Assembly (NCBI GenBank): GCA_013239625.1
Contig: MU054338.1
Span: forward strand, 2,358,977-2,422,976
Source: Lama guanicoe
Lineage: Eukaryota
Direction: 5' to 3'
DNA: 64,000 bases
A program made the translations under genes and the position numbers. Each line of letters opens with the position of its first letter. Within the stretch, counting starts at the first letter, position 1. The notes under the pieces are model-generated. The model was given only the letters and a program-made list of their open reading frames with translations, did no database searches and was not told the origin of the DNA. Below are positions 1-12,970 of the stretch, piece by piece.

Positions 1-7
1 TGCAACT

Positions 8-46
8 CACACACGTGCTGGCACACACATGCACACATGTACACAT

Positions 47-83
<37 letters not shown>
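8..83. repeat. (CA)n microsatellite; pure run at 49-83
   Basis: About 17 perfect AC units preceded by a degenerate CA tract. Confidence 0.95.
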
Positions 84-86
<3 letters not shown>

Positions 87-624
87 GCAGGGCCATGGCT
101 TCCGGATGCAGCCTGGAGAGTTAAAGGCCTCACGCAGCCCAAGCTGAGTCAACCCAGCAGTTAGTGAAGTCGCACGACGCAGCGGCTGTCCTGAAGTCAC
201 CATGGCCACAGACCCGCCAGCCCAGGCACCCCCAGCCACGCTCTGCCAGCCACACTCCACGCCCGAGCTCACCTGCTATCCCTGCCATCCCGCCGGGCCC
301 TGTACCGACCCTACAAATGCCAGACGGCTGAGCTCGGGCCAGCTCATGTGTCCCCCCGCCTCACCCAGCCAGGGCCCTGTGGTTGGTGGCCCAGTGTGGC
401 AGCTGGGCTGGTGCCAGGCCCTGGCCCCTGCTGTGCACCCTGAAGGCCACCCCCACCTCTGAGCCTGCTTTTCCCAGTTGAAGATGGGGGGACATCACCC
501 TCCCCCGCCAGGTTCCCCGCGAGGCCTGACCAGGATACGGAAGTGGAGGGCCCAGCCGGTCCCCAGTGTGCTCATCTTTTTTTTCCTTATAAGGGGACAA
601 CCTTGACACCTGCCTACAGCAGCA

Positions 625-835
625 GTATCCACCTGGGGCAACCCTGCCGCCAGGGGACACTATGTCTGGGGACATCTGTGGTCATCACGAAGGGGGGACT
701 CCTGGCATCCAGAGGGCGGGGCTAGGGATGCCACCCTACACCCCACGGCGCCCAGGATGCCCCACAGAGAACGACCAGGCCCTGAACGTGAGCGTGGGGG
801 TGGGCAGAACCCCTGAGGAGGTCTCTGTGACAGAA
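625..835. mobile_element. MER20 (hAT-Charlie) copy, GC-shifted
   Basis: CCAGGGGACAC...ATGTCTGGGGACATCTGTGGTCATCAC...CCTGGCATCCAG...AGGGATGC. Confidence 0.65.
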
Positions 836-1411
836 CCCCGAGCCCGCAGGGCAGGACCAGGTCAGCTGGGCGTGTGGGGTGGGGAGACATGCCCCTCCCG
901 GAACTCTAGGGCCTGCTCGCCCCTCCAGCCTCCTGTCATCGGTGTGGAAGGAGCACTGCCAGCCCGGCCCCTTGGGATCCTGGGTCGGGTGTCTTGCTAT
1001 AAAAGGGCTCCCTCCCCGCTGGCTGTGCCCCCTTCTCCTGGCCGTGCCTCCACACCCTTCCAGTACGGCTTCCTACCGTGGGGCTTGAACCCAAGCCGCA
1101 GGCCCCACAGGAGGGAGGGGGGTCTGTTTTCCATAGGGGCCGATGACCTCAGTCTACTGACTGATTAACCTGGACGCCGTGGTCAGAACACCTGGCCCCG
1201 CTGAGCGTCCACTGGCCGACCCTCACGGGCTCGAGGTGGGGTGGGGATGCTGCCGTCTGGTATACAAACCAGGAACCGGTCAGCCGGGCTTCTGGACTCG
1301 TCCCTCTGTCACCGTCCTTGCCAATGCCCCCTGCCACTTCACGCCTCAAGGGGGTGAGGGCAGAGGTGATGGAGTGGGAAGCCCTCCAACCCCGCCGGCC
1401 CTGCCACCTAC

Positions 1412-1617
1412 GTGTCGTCGGTCTCAATGGCCTCCCCGCGCGCGGCCCCGCCCTGGATGGACTCCATGGCCGTGGAGTAGAGCGCCTTCTGGCCCAGCGG
1501 CCGCTTCTCGTCGGCGGTGCTCTGCGCGCCCTCAGCCTGCCGCTCCCGCTCCTGCTGGTCGATGTTGTGCACACCCAGGAGCAGGCTGTAGTCCATGATC
1601 TTGAAGCTCTCCAGCAC
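1412..1617 (-). CDS. PIP5K1C: PIP5K1C coding exon 8 ([15 protein letters not shown]...EAIETDDT); the gene continues left of the window
   Basis: MDYSL motif; 206 nt; donor AC|GTAGGT. Confidence 0.97.
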
Positions 1618-1924
1618 CTGCGGGGCGGGGGGTCAGGGGCCAAGCCTTCTCCACCCCACCCAGGCCTGCCTGTGCTTCCTCCACCCTAACGGGCTGTGAA
1701 GAGCCTGGAGGGCCTTCTTTTTCCCTACAAAGCGGCCGCCCGTGGGGAAGGCCAGCGCGGGGGCCCGCATGCACGGGCCAGGACCTGACATGCACTTTAA
1801 GCGAAGGGCCCTGAAACACGGGCTGCTTCGGAGGAACAGGAGCGCAGCCTGCGGCCCTCGGCTCGCGACGCGCCGGCTTTCACCAGCGCCCCGTCCCACA
1901 GGCGCAGAGGCCGGGGCTGCTCAC

Positions 1925-2224
1925 CAGGCAGTCGCGCTGCAGCGTCTTGACGAGCGCGGAGAAGGTGTCGGCGTCGAGCAGCAGCCCCTCGGGCACGTCC
2001 TGGATGAAGTCCAGGTCCTTGTAGGTGGGAAGGCTCTTCTCCTTCTCCTTCCTGCTGGCACGCCGCTTGTACGTGGAGCCCTTGAGGTCGAACTTGAGGT
2101 GCATCTTGACGACGCGCGGCAGGACGTTGTTCATCACCACCACGCGGATGTTCTTGCCGCCCGACTGCACACAGTACAGCCCGTAGAACTTGGGCAGCAG
2201 CGTCCGCGGGTTCTGGTTGAGGTT
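1925..2224 (-). CDS. PIP5K1C: PIP5K1C coding exon 7 ([15 protein letters not shown]...DLKGS...KDLDF...LQRDCL)
   Basis: DLKGS catalytic motif; 300 nt; canonical splice sites. Confidence 0.97.
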
Positions 2225-2666
2225 CTGCGGGGGGAGGTGATGCTGTAGCTGCTCCTGCGCCCCAAGCTCGGGGACAGAGCTGGCTCCTGCCTCAGTGGCA
2301 CTTCACGCATCCTCGACTCCCCTGTCCCCTCCAGCTGCTTCTCAGGTCTCAGGCCAGGAGCCACCTCCTCAGGAAGCCTGCCCTGACCACCTCCCCCGAG
2401 GACGGCCCCTCACTCCATGCCCCCAGGACCCTGACTACACATGGGCTGACCGCTCCCCCTCCCCACCAACTGCAGCTCCCAGGAGGGTCTGTTTCCACAG
2501 AGCCAGGCCCAGAGAGAGACAGACTTTGGATAAAGAGCCCCAGGGGACGCTCCCAAGGCGTCTGGGCCTGGACTCCCACCAGGTCAGACCCAGCTGTCCC
2601 ACCCCCACAGCCCACCCTAGGGGAACAGGGGGCATGGCTTCTAGGCGTGTCCAGGGCGGGTGGAGG

Positions 2667-2982
2667 GGGGCAGTCAGCAAACGCAGGCCCAGGGGCCAAA
2701 TCCACCCAGCCACTTGTTTTTGTATAACTGGGAGCCAAGAATCGTTTTACATTGTTTAAAACTTGATAAAACCAAAAGAAAAACAGCATCTTGTGACATG
2801 TGAAAATTATACAAAATGTTCACATCATTGTCCACAAATAAAGTTTTATTGGCACTTGGCCACGCCCACTCACACAGTTCTCCGGTTGCAACAGCAGAGC
2901 TGAGCCATGGGGACAGAGGCCACTGATCACAAAGCTGAAGATGTTTATAGTCTGGCTCTTTACAGAAGTTTGCTGACTCCCC
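2667..2982. mobile_element. MER58B-like hAT element
   Basis: GTCAGCAAAC...GGCCAAATCC...AATAAAGTTTTATTGG...TTTACAGAAGTTTGCTGAC; terminal inverted repeats GTCAGCAAAC/GTTTGCTGAC. Confidence 0.75.
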
Positions 2983-3564
2983 GTCTAGAAGAGCCAGGGG
3001 TCCCACCCAAGATCATACATGGCAGAGTGAGGGGTGTGGGACCACCACAAGGGAGACAGGCTACAATCTGTGCTGAGGTTTGTGTGGCCGATCCCCAAGC
3101 CAGCCAGGCCGGTCTCAGCAGGGTAGGCTGGCACTCAGGCGGGTCCCCACTCCTAAATGTGTGCATGTCAGGACCCCTGCTTCTGGGGGCTGGGGTCTGA
3201 GGCTCCTGCTCCCTCCCTTGCCCAGGGGCCTGAGTACGCTTTCGGGTCTGCGTGTCACACGCAGACCAGAGGTGCCAGCTGGCAGCCCAGCCCATCTCCC
3301 CAGGGCTTCTCTGAGTCACAGGCTGCTGAGACACGAGGCCCAAAGCCAAGATTTCTGGGACCTACGACTCAGGGGAGTGGGTGGTGGGGGATGGCCACCA
3401 GGGCCCAGACAGCAGTTTCCGCTGCACAGGATGGGGCTTGCGGGTGAGGCTCAGAGACCCAGGAAGGCTTGTCTTGGGTGGTGCCCGGGGCTCCCCAGAC
3501 AGAGGAGGGAGGGCTGTGAGGTCTGGGCTGGGGGACCAGGCTGGAGGACTCCCGCGGGCCCTAC

Positions 3565-3717
3565 CATGTAGTAACCAGGCAGCAGCTTTTGCAGGAACTC
3601 GGCCTCTTTGTGCATCACCGTCTTGATGATGAACTCATCATCGCTAGTGACGTAGAAGAGGGAGCCGCTGGCGCCGGGGTTGGACAGCTCGATCAGTGGC
3701 TCGTTGCACAGCGAGTA
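3565..3717 (-). CDS. PIP5K1C: PIP5K1C coding exon 6 ([22 protein letters not shown]...IIKTV...LLPGYYM)
   Basis: Glycine loop GASGS and catalytic IIK lysine; 153 nt; canonical splice sites. Confidence 0.97.
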
Positions 3718-6679
3718 CTGAAAAGGGGGACAGTAAGTGTGCGGGGAGGGTCACCAACACCCTCTTCCCAGGCCCAAGGCCTGGAAGACAAACCCAGAAC
3801 CAGTCAGTTAGCTCCATTTTACAGATGAGAAAACTGAGGCTCTGAGGGGGAGACTGACTGGCCCAAGGACACACAGTAAAGATTTAAACCTGGGCTAACC
3901 CTGCAGCCTGAGTGCTAATCTACTAGAGCATGTTCCTTCTCCTGTTTGTGACAGACAGCTAACCGTGCTGGGTGCCAACACACCTGGCCAAGGCTGGCTT
4001 CCCAGCCTCCCCTGAAGCTTGGTGTGGCCACGTCAGCTCTGGCAGTGAGTCGTAGGCAGAAGCTGCTAAGTGGGACCTGGGAAGGATTCCTAAACAGGTA
4101 ACAGAATCTGGTATCTGAACTCCTCTCTCTTTCCCACCAGGGCGCTGACTGGAACCCCAGCAGCCATGCTGGACCGCACGCATCTCTGGGACGGAAGCCA
4201 GGCACTGGCTAGGCAGAGACTGAAGCTGTGTCTCTGGTGAGCAGCCCTGCCTGGCCCCTCGCATCTCTCCAGCCTCCTCTTCCCACCCACATCCAAGCTC
4301 TGCCTCCGCCTTCACTGCCCATTGGCCCACACCCCCTCCCCACCATCAGACAGTAAGTTCTGAGAAAGCAGGGATTTTCAGGTGATTTTGTTCACGTAAC
4401 AAGAGGGATCCCCAGTGCTTGGCATACAGTAGATGCTCAATTTGTTAAGCAAATGATTAAAGAGCGAGGCCTGTAGGGCTTTTCAGCTGAGTCAACAAAG
4501 TACTTGTTGGGGTTAAGGCTGTTTGGATCAGGTTTTCTGTCCCTGGCACCCCCCAATCCTACTGAGCACTGCTGGGATTCATGGACGAGGCCCAGCACGG
4601 GGTAAATGTTAGGTGAACATCTGCCGTGTGGACCCGGAGACCGCAGCAGCTCAGGACTGTGGCTGGAGGTGGGGCGGACACGGGGGTGTCACGAGTGCTG
4701 CCCCTGCCCCAGCGAATGGCAACGTGCCGGGCCCTCGAGTTAGGTGAGGCTGGGACAGTGGCTCGGGCACGGCAGCACACGGAAGTGACGTGTCCCTTCC
4801 AGAAACTGCTTTCCGAGCTACGCCGCCCTGCTGGCCCCCGGCCAAGGTGGCCATGCCACTGGGTGGGAAGTGGGCTGTGACGAGGCTTGGCCCCGAGATC
4901 CCTGCCCACCCCGAAGGAAGCAGCCCCAGAGAGGGCCCCCCTTGGCTCTGTACACGCCCCTCGAGATGCCCACTTGGCCCACACAAACCAGCCAGCTCTG
5001 GGGGTTAAGAGCCAACTGACTCCAAGGAGCTCAAGCCTGGGATGTGGCCGGACCCCGCGACCACTTGCTGGAGAGCTCAGCCTGACTCTGCCAGGGCCAC
5101 AGGCAGGGGGAGCCCCGTAACCCAGCAGTCAGCGCACCCCGGCTGGTGGGTAACGCAGGAAGTCAGGGCTCCCCCACCTCCCAGCCAGCCATGGCCAACC
5201 CCGGAAGCCACTGAGACCTGGCAGGTCGTGGTGCTGCAGGGATGCCAGAGTCAGGGTGTCACGTACCACATCTGTCATCGGGGAGCTATAAGTGGTGCGG
5301 GTGCCTGTCAGAGCCATGGCCTCCCCAGGGGCTGGAGGCATCAGCCTAAGAGGCAGAGGCGGCATGGCCACGGCTGCTGCCCAGACACCACGGCCCTGCA
5401 CTGACGTGAGGGCCATGACACCTGCCACTGGAGCCAACCAGCCAGGGGGCCTGCAAGACTCAAGGAGCTACACACCCAGGCTTCTCAGAAGACTGCATTC
5501 CCTGATCCAGCAACTGGCTCAGAAATGGACATGTGTCCTCAGGTCAGGTAGAGCCAACCTAAGCCCTTCCGGGAGAGGTGGTATGTGGACACCAGGAGGC
5601 AGAGCTGGGAGGACAGGCCGCAAGGGGCCACATTTCTAACCTGCAGAGAAAAGCAGGGAAACACACAGAGCCCTGCTGCTCTTGGCCCAGCTCCTAGATC
5701 CAGCTATGCCTGAAGCCACAGCTGCCTCTGGGAGCCCAAGCCCTTGAGCCAAAGGCTATTATATATCCATAAGCCTAGGTGCTGGGGTGCTCACAAGCTA
5801 GAGCCCACTCCCAGGGCTCCTCAGAGCCCACCAACGGCTGGCCCTAGGTCCCACCCACCACCACCTAGTCTCAGCTCTGCACCTTCCGGACACAGAGCAG
5901 GGCTGCACTGCCTGATCTCTCGGGCCGGGTGAGGCCCTGACGAGCACTGGCCAGTGCACTGTGAGTGAAGCGGTGAGAGGTTCCCAGGCTGGAGGACTGA
6001 AATGCTGCTGTGAGCCCTCCAGGACTCTCCCTCTGCCGCAGAGACCAGACATTTGGGGTGGGAGCTGCTTGGTCAGCCTGGGTCCCTGAGTGACACTGAT
6101 GAACACAGCCCCCAGCCAAATCAGGGTGAACACAAAGTGTGAGCAAGAAACACCACTGCATTTTAGGCCATAAAAATGCGGGGGGGGTGCTATTTGTTAC
6201 CCAGCATAATCTGGCTTGAACTGACTTGATACATGCTGTTCCCACCTCTTATGTGTTACTGACCCCAGGAGCACCAGGAGAGGCAGAATCAGGCACAAGG
6301 GAGGCCTTCCTGGGTCCCCTGCCCAAAAGCCACCTGCCACTTTCTCAATACAATCTGACACCCAAGCGTATTTCCATGTACCCCGTGGTGGACTGATGTC
6401 TGATCTCAGCCTCGAGAGGTGGTAATGGGTGAGGCTATCAACCCCACCCAGTGTGGTGGAGCCAGAAGCCAGCTCATGTTGCAGTCAACACAGGCCAGGG
6501 TATGCTGACTAACAAGCAGCCCCCACATCTCAGTCACACTGTGCCTCTGCTGAGGGTTTGGCTGGGGCTGGGCTCCCTGCTGTCACTCAGGGGCCCAGGT
6601 GGGGGCCGCCCTGAATGACCCACTAACACTTTGGGCATCTCCCCTGGAGCAGTGGGGAGACAGTCAGTCCTCACGCCAA

Positions 6680-7230
6680 GATTCCTGAGGCCTGGTCTCG
6701 GCGCTGGGGACACAGCAGTAAGCAAACAGGCTGCATCCCTGCCTCCTGGAGCTGACATTCTAGTTGAAGCCAAATATAGTAAAATGGTGTGTGAAATGGT
6801 GATAGAGGACACAAAGAAACATCCCGTGGGGTCAGAGGGCAGAAGTGACGAAGGCTGCTGCAGTGGCCAGGTGGCCAGGGAAGGATGTTCCCTCTGAGGA
6901 CCTGACATGTGAGCAAAAGAAGGTGGCAGAGCCTATGTAAAGGCCCCAAGCAGGGGCACTTGGCTGGAGGACAGGACAGGGAAGGGGCTGATGTGGCCGG
7001 GTGACCCAGGGGACAGTGCAGCGGCCTCAGGAAGGGCCCCGGGGTTGGGCCGAGCAGGTCGGCTTTTACTCCGAGTGTGAAGACAGCCAGGGAGTGACCC
7101 AATGTGATCTGTGCCTGAAGAGGAGGCTCAGGGTTCTGGGTGTGAGGCTGACGGGGTGCCCGGGGGCCGTGGGGTCCTGCGCAGGGGTGCCAGTGGAGGG
7201 TGAGAAGTGGCTGGATTCTGACACACCGGA
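6680..7230 (-). mobile_element. L2 fragment
   Basis: CTGGGGACACAGCAGTAAGCAAAC; GAGCTGACATTCTAG; GGCTTTTACTCCGAGTG. Confidence 0.65.
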
Positions 7231-9566
7231 CAGCAGGTCTGACTGGACTCCCAGCAGCTCAGGGAAGACGGTGGGTGGGGGCGGGATGCCTGCAAGCTGC
7301 AGCCAGCACCTGCTCGGCCATCTGTCCGCCCAGCTCTGCCCACAGCCAGGAGCCACAAACATCCATGGAACACAGAGGCCCCTGCCCAGGCGCACCCTCT
7401 GCCAGGCCAGCCCCGGACCCTCAGCCACTCTCGCCACCTTCGGGCACAAGTTACAGCAACCACGCTGCACGAGAGGCACACCAAGCAGGAAGGCAGCAGA
7501 AAGAGGTGCCCAGCCCTGTGCAAACGCAGTCTGTGAGCAGAGAACATTCTGGAACTAAACGGCCGACAGCTGCCTCTGGCGGGTGGCTCGGTTGAGGCCG
7601 TGGGTCTTGGGCCCCACTGGGCACTGCCCTGACAGGGGTCAACAGCAAGCGGGGGCTCTGGAGCCCGGTGACCCACAGGCCGGACGTGGGGCCACGGGCA
7701 CACGCCCCCGGGCGTGCCCCTCCTCCGCTGGCGCCAAGCCCAACAGGCGAGCGCGGGTTCAGGATGCGGCCCCCACCGCCCGCCTCACACCTGCTGCCCC
7801 GAGCGGAGGCTACGGGCATTTAACCCCCGGACAGCACAGGGGTCTCACAAGTGGGGAGGATGACTGCACCCCATAAAACTGAGGCCTGCTGCTGCTGCCA
7901 TAAGAGAGACTCCTGCCACCGGGGGCTGAGGCCATGGCTGTGGAAAAGGGAGGACCCCGGGTGGGGGAAGGCAGAGGGGAGGCTGGGGTTGCGACCGGGC
8001 GCCTGACCTGCCCCCCGCCCGCCGCGTGGGCTTCACTCCTGTAGCTCAGAGCGACCAGCCCGCAGGCTGGGGGGCTCTGCTTGCCCTCCGCCGAGCACCC
8101 CGTTTCTGTGCTGCACTCCCTGCTTGCTCCCACAGCCGACTCCACCTGCTCCCACCCTCTGCGTTCCCAGAACAGAGATGCCCCGGGTCTGAACCTTCCA
8201 CTGAGTTTCCAGCAAGCCAGGGCCCCGGGGCCCAGAACACCCAGGCCATCTCCTTCCTCCAGCTGCCCTTCCAGGCTCCCTCCTCTCTGCGGCCTGTGCT
8301 GGAGGTCGCAGGGCTGCGGCCCGCCTGTCCGGGCCCTGGGGGTGGGACACGCACATGGGAACGCTCCCCCTCAGAAAAGCAAGGAGAACGCAGGCTGAAG
8401 GTCACCCAGGTGGGGCCAGACCCCTGAGGCTCCCACGCTTCTCTTATCAAGTTGGAGATCAGGCCCCTGCCAGCTCCCCTCTGTGGACAGCAGCTCCACT
8501 GGTCCGCTCCCCACTAATGGACACTGAGACCGTTTCTCCGACTGTGGATAATGTCGAGGGTTCCCCTTCTGGGGACGCGCTGAGAGTCTAGGTGATCAGG
8601 TGTTACGTCTACTGTGGAACCACCAGGCTCCACACTGAACACTTTTCACTCTGTGGAGCTCACAAACGAGTGGGAATGTCTTCAAGGAGCTGGGACGGGG
8701 GCAGGAGGGGAGAAGCCACGAGCGGGACACGAGGCTGCAGTCAGAGTGCCAGGCCTTGGCCTGGGCCAGGGTGCCGTGACTCCTGGGCACTGGCCGGAGC
8801 TGGAGAGCCCTGGGTGACACGTGCTCCTAGCCGGAGCCAACTGCAGTTTCCCACAGACTGAAAACCAGATGGGGACACTGAGAGCACAGCCAGGGCCCTC
8901 CAGGCACCCGGGACGGGCTGACCCCTAGGGGTGGCAGGTAGAGGATCAGAAACGGATGCCTCCCTGGTGTGAAGTTACAGCACAGTGACCAGGTGGGCGT
9001 GGAGCAGACCACGGACCTTCGGAAGCGCAGACTCTGGCTGGTGACCCCGGCGCTGCTGCCGTGAGGCACCGTCTGTACGTGGCCTCCAGGAGTCCTGACC
9101 ATGGGTGCAAGGTCAACGAGCTGCCTGGCCTAGGTTTTGCTTTTTCTAACTTGAGAGCCTAAAGCCAGGAGCCAGGGTGACAGAGTCCAGGCTGGTGCCC
9201 CAAGCGCAGGCGAGGTCTGTGATGGGCAGTCCCCCTAGGATGCGCACAGGAGGTGCTAACGTCTGTGGTACCAGCCGGCTCTCCCCAGGGCACACTCTGA
9301 CTAAGAGGCCGCGTGGAGGGGGGAGGTGCCCGGCTGGCCGTCAGCATGGGCCGAGTCCTGCCATCGACACAGGGGGCTTAGAAGAGACCCACCTCCAGCT
9401 GAGTTCCCTTGAGGCCCCCACCCCGCCCAACCCCATCACAACCCGTGCAGGAGGCCAGTGATGTCGCACCCACAGTCCGTCCCACAGAGACCCAGAGACG
9501 ATACACAGGTGGCGACCTGAGCCACTGAGTCCAGGCTCACGCTGGGTCACAGGCCAGTCAGCTCAC

Positions 9567-9684
9567 CAAGTAGTCATCCGGCCGGATCCCAAAGAGCTCC
9601 CGGAAGTAGCGGAAGGCGACGGGTGCATAGGTCTTGAACCTGAAGTCCTGGAAGTGGTGGGCGGGGGTGAGGTTGCTGCCTTCA
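9567..9684 (-). CDS. PIP5K1C: PIP5K1C coding exon 5 ([39 protein letters not shown])
   Basis: PIPK domain [18 protein letters not shown] motif; 118 nt; canonical splice sites. Confidence 0.97.
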
Positions 9685-10220
9685 CTGCAGAGGGAGCAGG
9701 GAAGCCTGTGAGGGTCCATGGCTTGGGTGCCTCTCCCCTCCCCAACCTGACGCCTCGCCTCCCCCAGGCACTAGATGGCTAATCCAATCCAAAAAGCAAC
9801 ATGGGGCTCCTGATGGGACAAAGGGCCCTGGCCGGTCTCAGGCTGTCCCCTAAAGACCACCCTCCTTTCCTTCATTAGCAACGGAGCCCATGGCATTGGC
9901 TGGGCACACGGCCACCCACAGTAAGACCACTTCCAGCCTCTCCCGCAGCCTGCTGGTGTGGTCCGAGGACTGTGCTCAGCCAATCGGCTGTGAGTGGTGG
10001 AGGAATGACACGCGCCCTTTCTTGGTCATGCCCATAAAGGGCAGGGGTATGTGCTCTCCTCCTCCTTTGTGCTGTGGGAATGCAGGTGCGATGGCAGGAG
10101 CCTGCGCAGCCACCAGGGAACAGTGGTTAATAAAGCAGCACACTGAAGATGGCAGAGCAGTCAGAAGGAATGTGGGCCCCAACACTGTGGAGCCACCCAA
10201 CTAGCCCTGGACTGCCTGTC

Positions 10221-10305
10221 TGTGCGTGTGTGCGTGTGTGCGTGTGTGTGTATGAGAGACAGAGAGAAAGAGAGAGAGAGAGGGAGGGAGGGATAGAAAG
10301 AGAAA
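10221..10305. repeat. Compound (TG)n/(AG)n simple repeat
   Basis: TGTGCGTGTGTGCG... followed directly by GAGAGACAGAGAGAAAGAGAGAG...GGGAGGGAGGGA. Confidence 0.9.
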
Positions 10306-10559
10306 CAACAAACTTCTATCTTTTCCTATTTTTAAAAAATCACCATTATATTGCATCCTGCTGGTTTAGCAGCTAACTGATACCCTGACTGACACAGGGC
10401 TGGACCGCAAAGCCAAGGCGACTCCAGGAGGGGCCTGTGCTGTTGTGGGCAGAGAAAGGAGCTCAGAGGATCTGAAGGCTGCTTCCCATTGTGCTGTCTG
10501 TCTGCAGGGCGAGGCTGCAGCCCTGGGAGGCTGCCTGCGCGGGCCAGGCCTGGACCCAC

Positions 10560-10690
10560 CTGGGGAAGAAGATGCTCTCCACAACATAGAAGTCCTGCAT
10601 GAGCACGTCGCGCTCTGGCTTGGAGCTCAGGTTGCCCACGGTGTAGCCGATGCCCAGCTGGATGGCCCCCTTCAAGGTGGAGGACGTGGT
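10560..10690 (-). CDS. PIP5K1C: PIP5K1C coding exon 4 ([15 protein letters not shown]...VESIFFP)
   Basis: Translation matches the start of the PIPK domain; 131 nt; canonical splice sites. Confidence 0.97.
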
Positions 10691-11759
10691 CTGTGGGAGA
10701 AACCGAGCCGCATCAAGACCCCCGGAACTGATCCCCACCCCCTACCCAGCCACCAGGGTGAGAGGCAGGATGGGAAGCCCCCTCGGGACAGGGATGAGGG
10801 CAGTATCTGGCAGCTTGGTCCCTGACACCCACCCCTGTGGGGCCCCCAGGCATTCCAGGCCCATCAGACATGCTGCCCTCGGGCCTGTCACTCAGCACAC
10901 AAGATCACACAGCAAGGAAGAGGCCTAGCTGAGATGCCAACACCACTTCTCAGGGCCCCAAGGCCTATTTTCTATCAATTCTAGAAAGTTCTCACATCTT
11001 AAAACTGCCCCAACTCAGCAAGGGTCTAACCGCTGGCAGGGCTCTCTCAGCAGAAGGCCCTGTACGCAGTGCGGCCGGGGCTTCATGTCTGCAGACCTGG
11101 GCTCCTCCTGCCCGCCTTCAAGGAGCTCTGCCCCGCCACAGTGGGGGCGGCTCTGCCTCTCCGCACCTCAGCTTCCGACCCCAGTGGGGGGCACAGGCGA
11201 CAGTGCCGGCCCTCCTGAGGCTGCTGCCACGCCTGCCCACCTGCGGAAGCACCTGTACCTCTCTCAGCACCGCTGTTCACGTCACCCTCACCCTGAGCTC
11301 TAGGCAAGGCGCCTCCTGAGGAGAGACCCTCGACCCCCAGTGCCCCCGTCCCAGAAGCAAGCCCTTCCCCCGCGCCAGGTCGCCCGGCCTCAGTCGCTTC
11401 TCCTGAAGCCCCCGAGATCCACTCCCTCAAGATGCCATCGACTGAACAGGATTCTGCAGAAAAGACACACAGACCGCCAAGAGCACAGGCAAAGGTGGAG
11501 ACACAGTGAGACCTGCTTCCCACACCCTGGGAGGGGCGTGATCAGACAGACGGACAGCCGGTGTCGAGGGGATGGGAGGATGGAGACCCCTGCTCGGCTG
11601 CTGGGGATGGAAGATGCGCGGCCGCTGCCGGCAGTCTGCGTCTCCTCCCACAAAGCCTGCGGGACCCAGCGGCTCCACTCCCAGGCGTGCGGCCTAGAGA
11701 CGGACAAGCATGGCGCACAGACACCCGCACGCAGGCCTGCCCGGCAGCGCCGCTCGCCG

Positions 11760-12150
11760 TCGCTGAAAACCGGAAACCCAAGTGCCCAGCAATAGAGGAG
11801 CAGATACAGGAAACAGGTCCCTCCACACGAGGGAGCATCACTCCGCCAGGGAGGGCGAGCAGCCCTGACACCCGCTGCCACGGGGACGGACCCCGAGAGC
11901 ACGGTGCTCAGGGAGAGAAGCAGACACAGAAGGGCACAGTGGGTGTCCACGGATGTGAGACGTCCGGAACAAGCCAGTTCCTAGAGAGAGGAAGTGGGTT
12001 CCTGGTATAGGGGCTTGGGGGGGCCTGGGGTACTTGCTGTTGGGGATGGGTTTCTTTTCAAGGAGACAGAAAAGTTCTAAAATTGACTGCGGCAATGGCT
12101 GCATGGCTCCGAGTGCTCTAGAAACCAGCTAACTGTGCACTTCAAAAGCA
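11760..12150 (+). mobile_element. L1M (L1MB-like) 3' end, GC-shifted copy A
   Basis: GGAAACCCAAGTGCCCAGC...AGAAGCAGACACAGAAGG...GTTCTAAAATTGA...AACTGTGCACTTCAAAA. Confidence 0.7.
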
Positions 12151-12489
12151 TGACTCACTGGGGGCGTGCCCGTGCTCAGCAGAGCGGGTGTATCAGGAGG
12201 TGTGACAAGGCGGGGGGACCAGCAGCCACGGTCCCAGCTCCCGGAACAGCCCTGGCCCGACCTGACCTCAGAGCCTCCCTCACCGCTGCCTCAGCCCCGC
12301 TTTCCAAGCTGTGGTCTCCTCTCTAGACCAGTCAGCAGGGCGGGGGGGGGTGCAGCCTTGGTGACCAGCTGTCCCCAGGATGACATGCAGCAGGAGCCTC
12401 CCTGGACCGAGAGCAACCGCCTGCAGCCGAACGCCACGCCCGCCCCCGGCTTCCTCGCCAGCCCCGCCGGCCGAGCGCAGAGCAGGAAC

Positions 12490-12582
12490 CTTCTTGTAGG
12501 TGGTCTCTCCGGACGCGTCCACTCCCCGATGGCCCAGCTTCTTCCCGTGGCCGGGGCCTGGCTGTCCTGTCATCAGCGGGGC
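12490..12582 (-). CDS. PIP5K1C: PIP5K1C coding exon 3 ([31 protein letters not shown])
   Basis: Peptide is the conserved type I PIP5K N-terminal motif; 93 nt; AG/GT boundaries. Confidence 0.95.
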
Positions 12583-12794
12583 CTGGAGGAGAGAAGCAGG
12601 CAGTGTTCAAGACGGGCGGGGGCCAGGGTGCTGGGGCAATCCTGGCAGGAAAGGGCTGTGCCTGTTGTGGGGCCCAGGGTGGGGGCTGGTGTGGGTGGGC
12701 CACACCAGGCCCAGGACTTCCCACTCCTCCAGAAAAGCAGGAGGCTGGCCACCCCGTCCACCTGCAGGCGGCGGGAGAAGAGCCCCAGTTACAG

Positions 12795-12970
12795 GTCTCC
12801 CCTCAGCACTGCTGACACCCGGCTGGTCACTGTCTGGGGGCGTCCTGGGTGCTGGGGGGTGTGGAGCAGCATCCCTGGCCCCACCCCCTCAATATCAGAA
12901 GCCCTCTGTCGTAACGACCACAGATGCTCCCTCCACACGACACGGCCCTGGAGAGACCCTCTGGGTTGGA
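12795..12970. mobile_element. MER20 copy, GC-shifted
   Basis: GAGCAGCATCCCTGGCC...GACCACAGATG. Confidence 0.6.

Noticed and set aside
1..1411. PIP5K1C exon 9 (MGGIPAVNGRGERLLL...)
   Set aside because: No matching coding sequence found; it must lie left of the window
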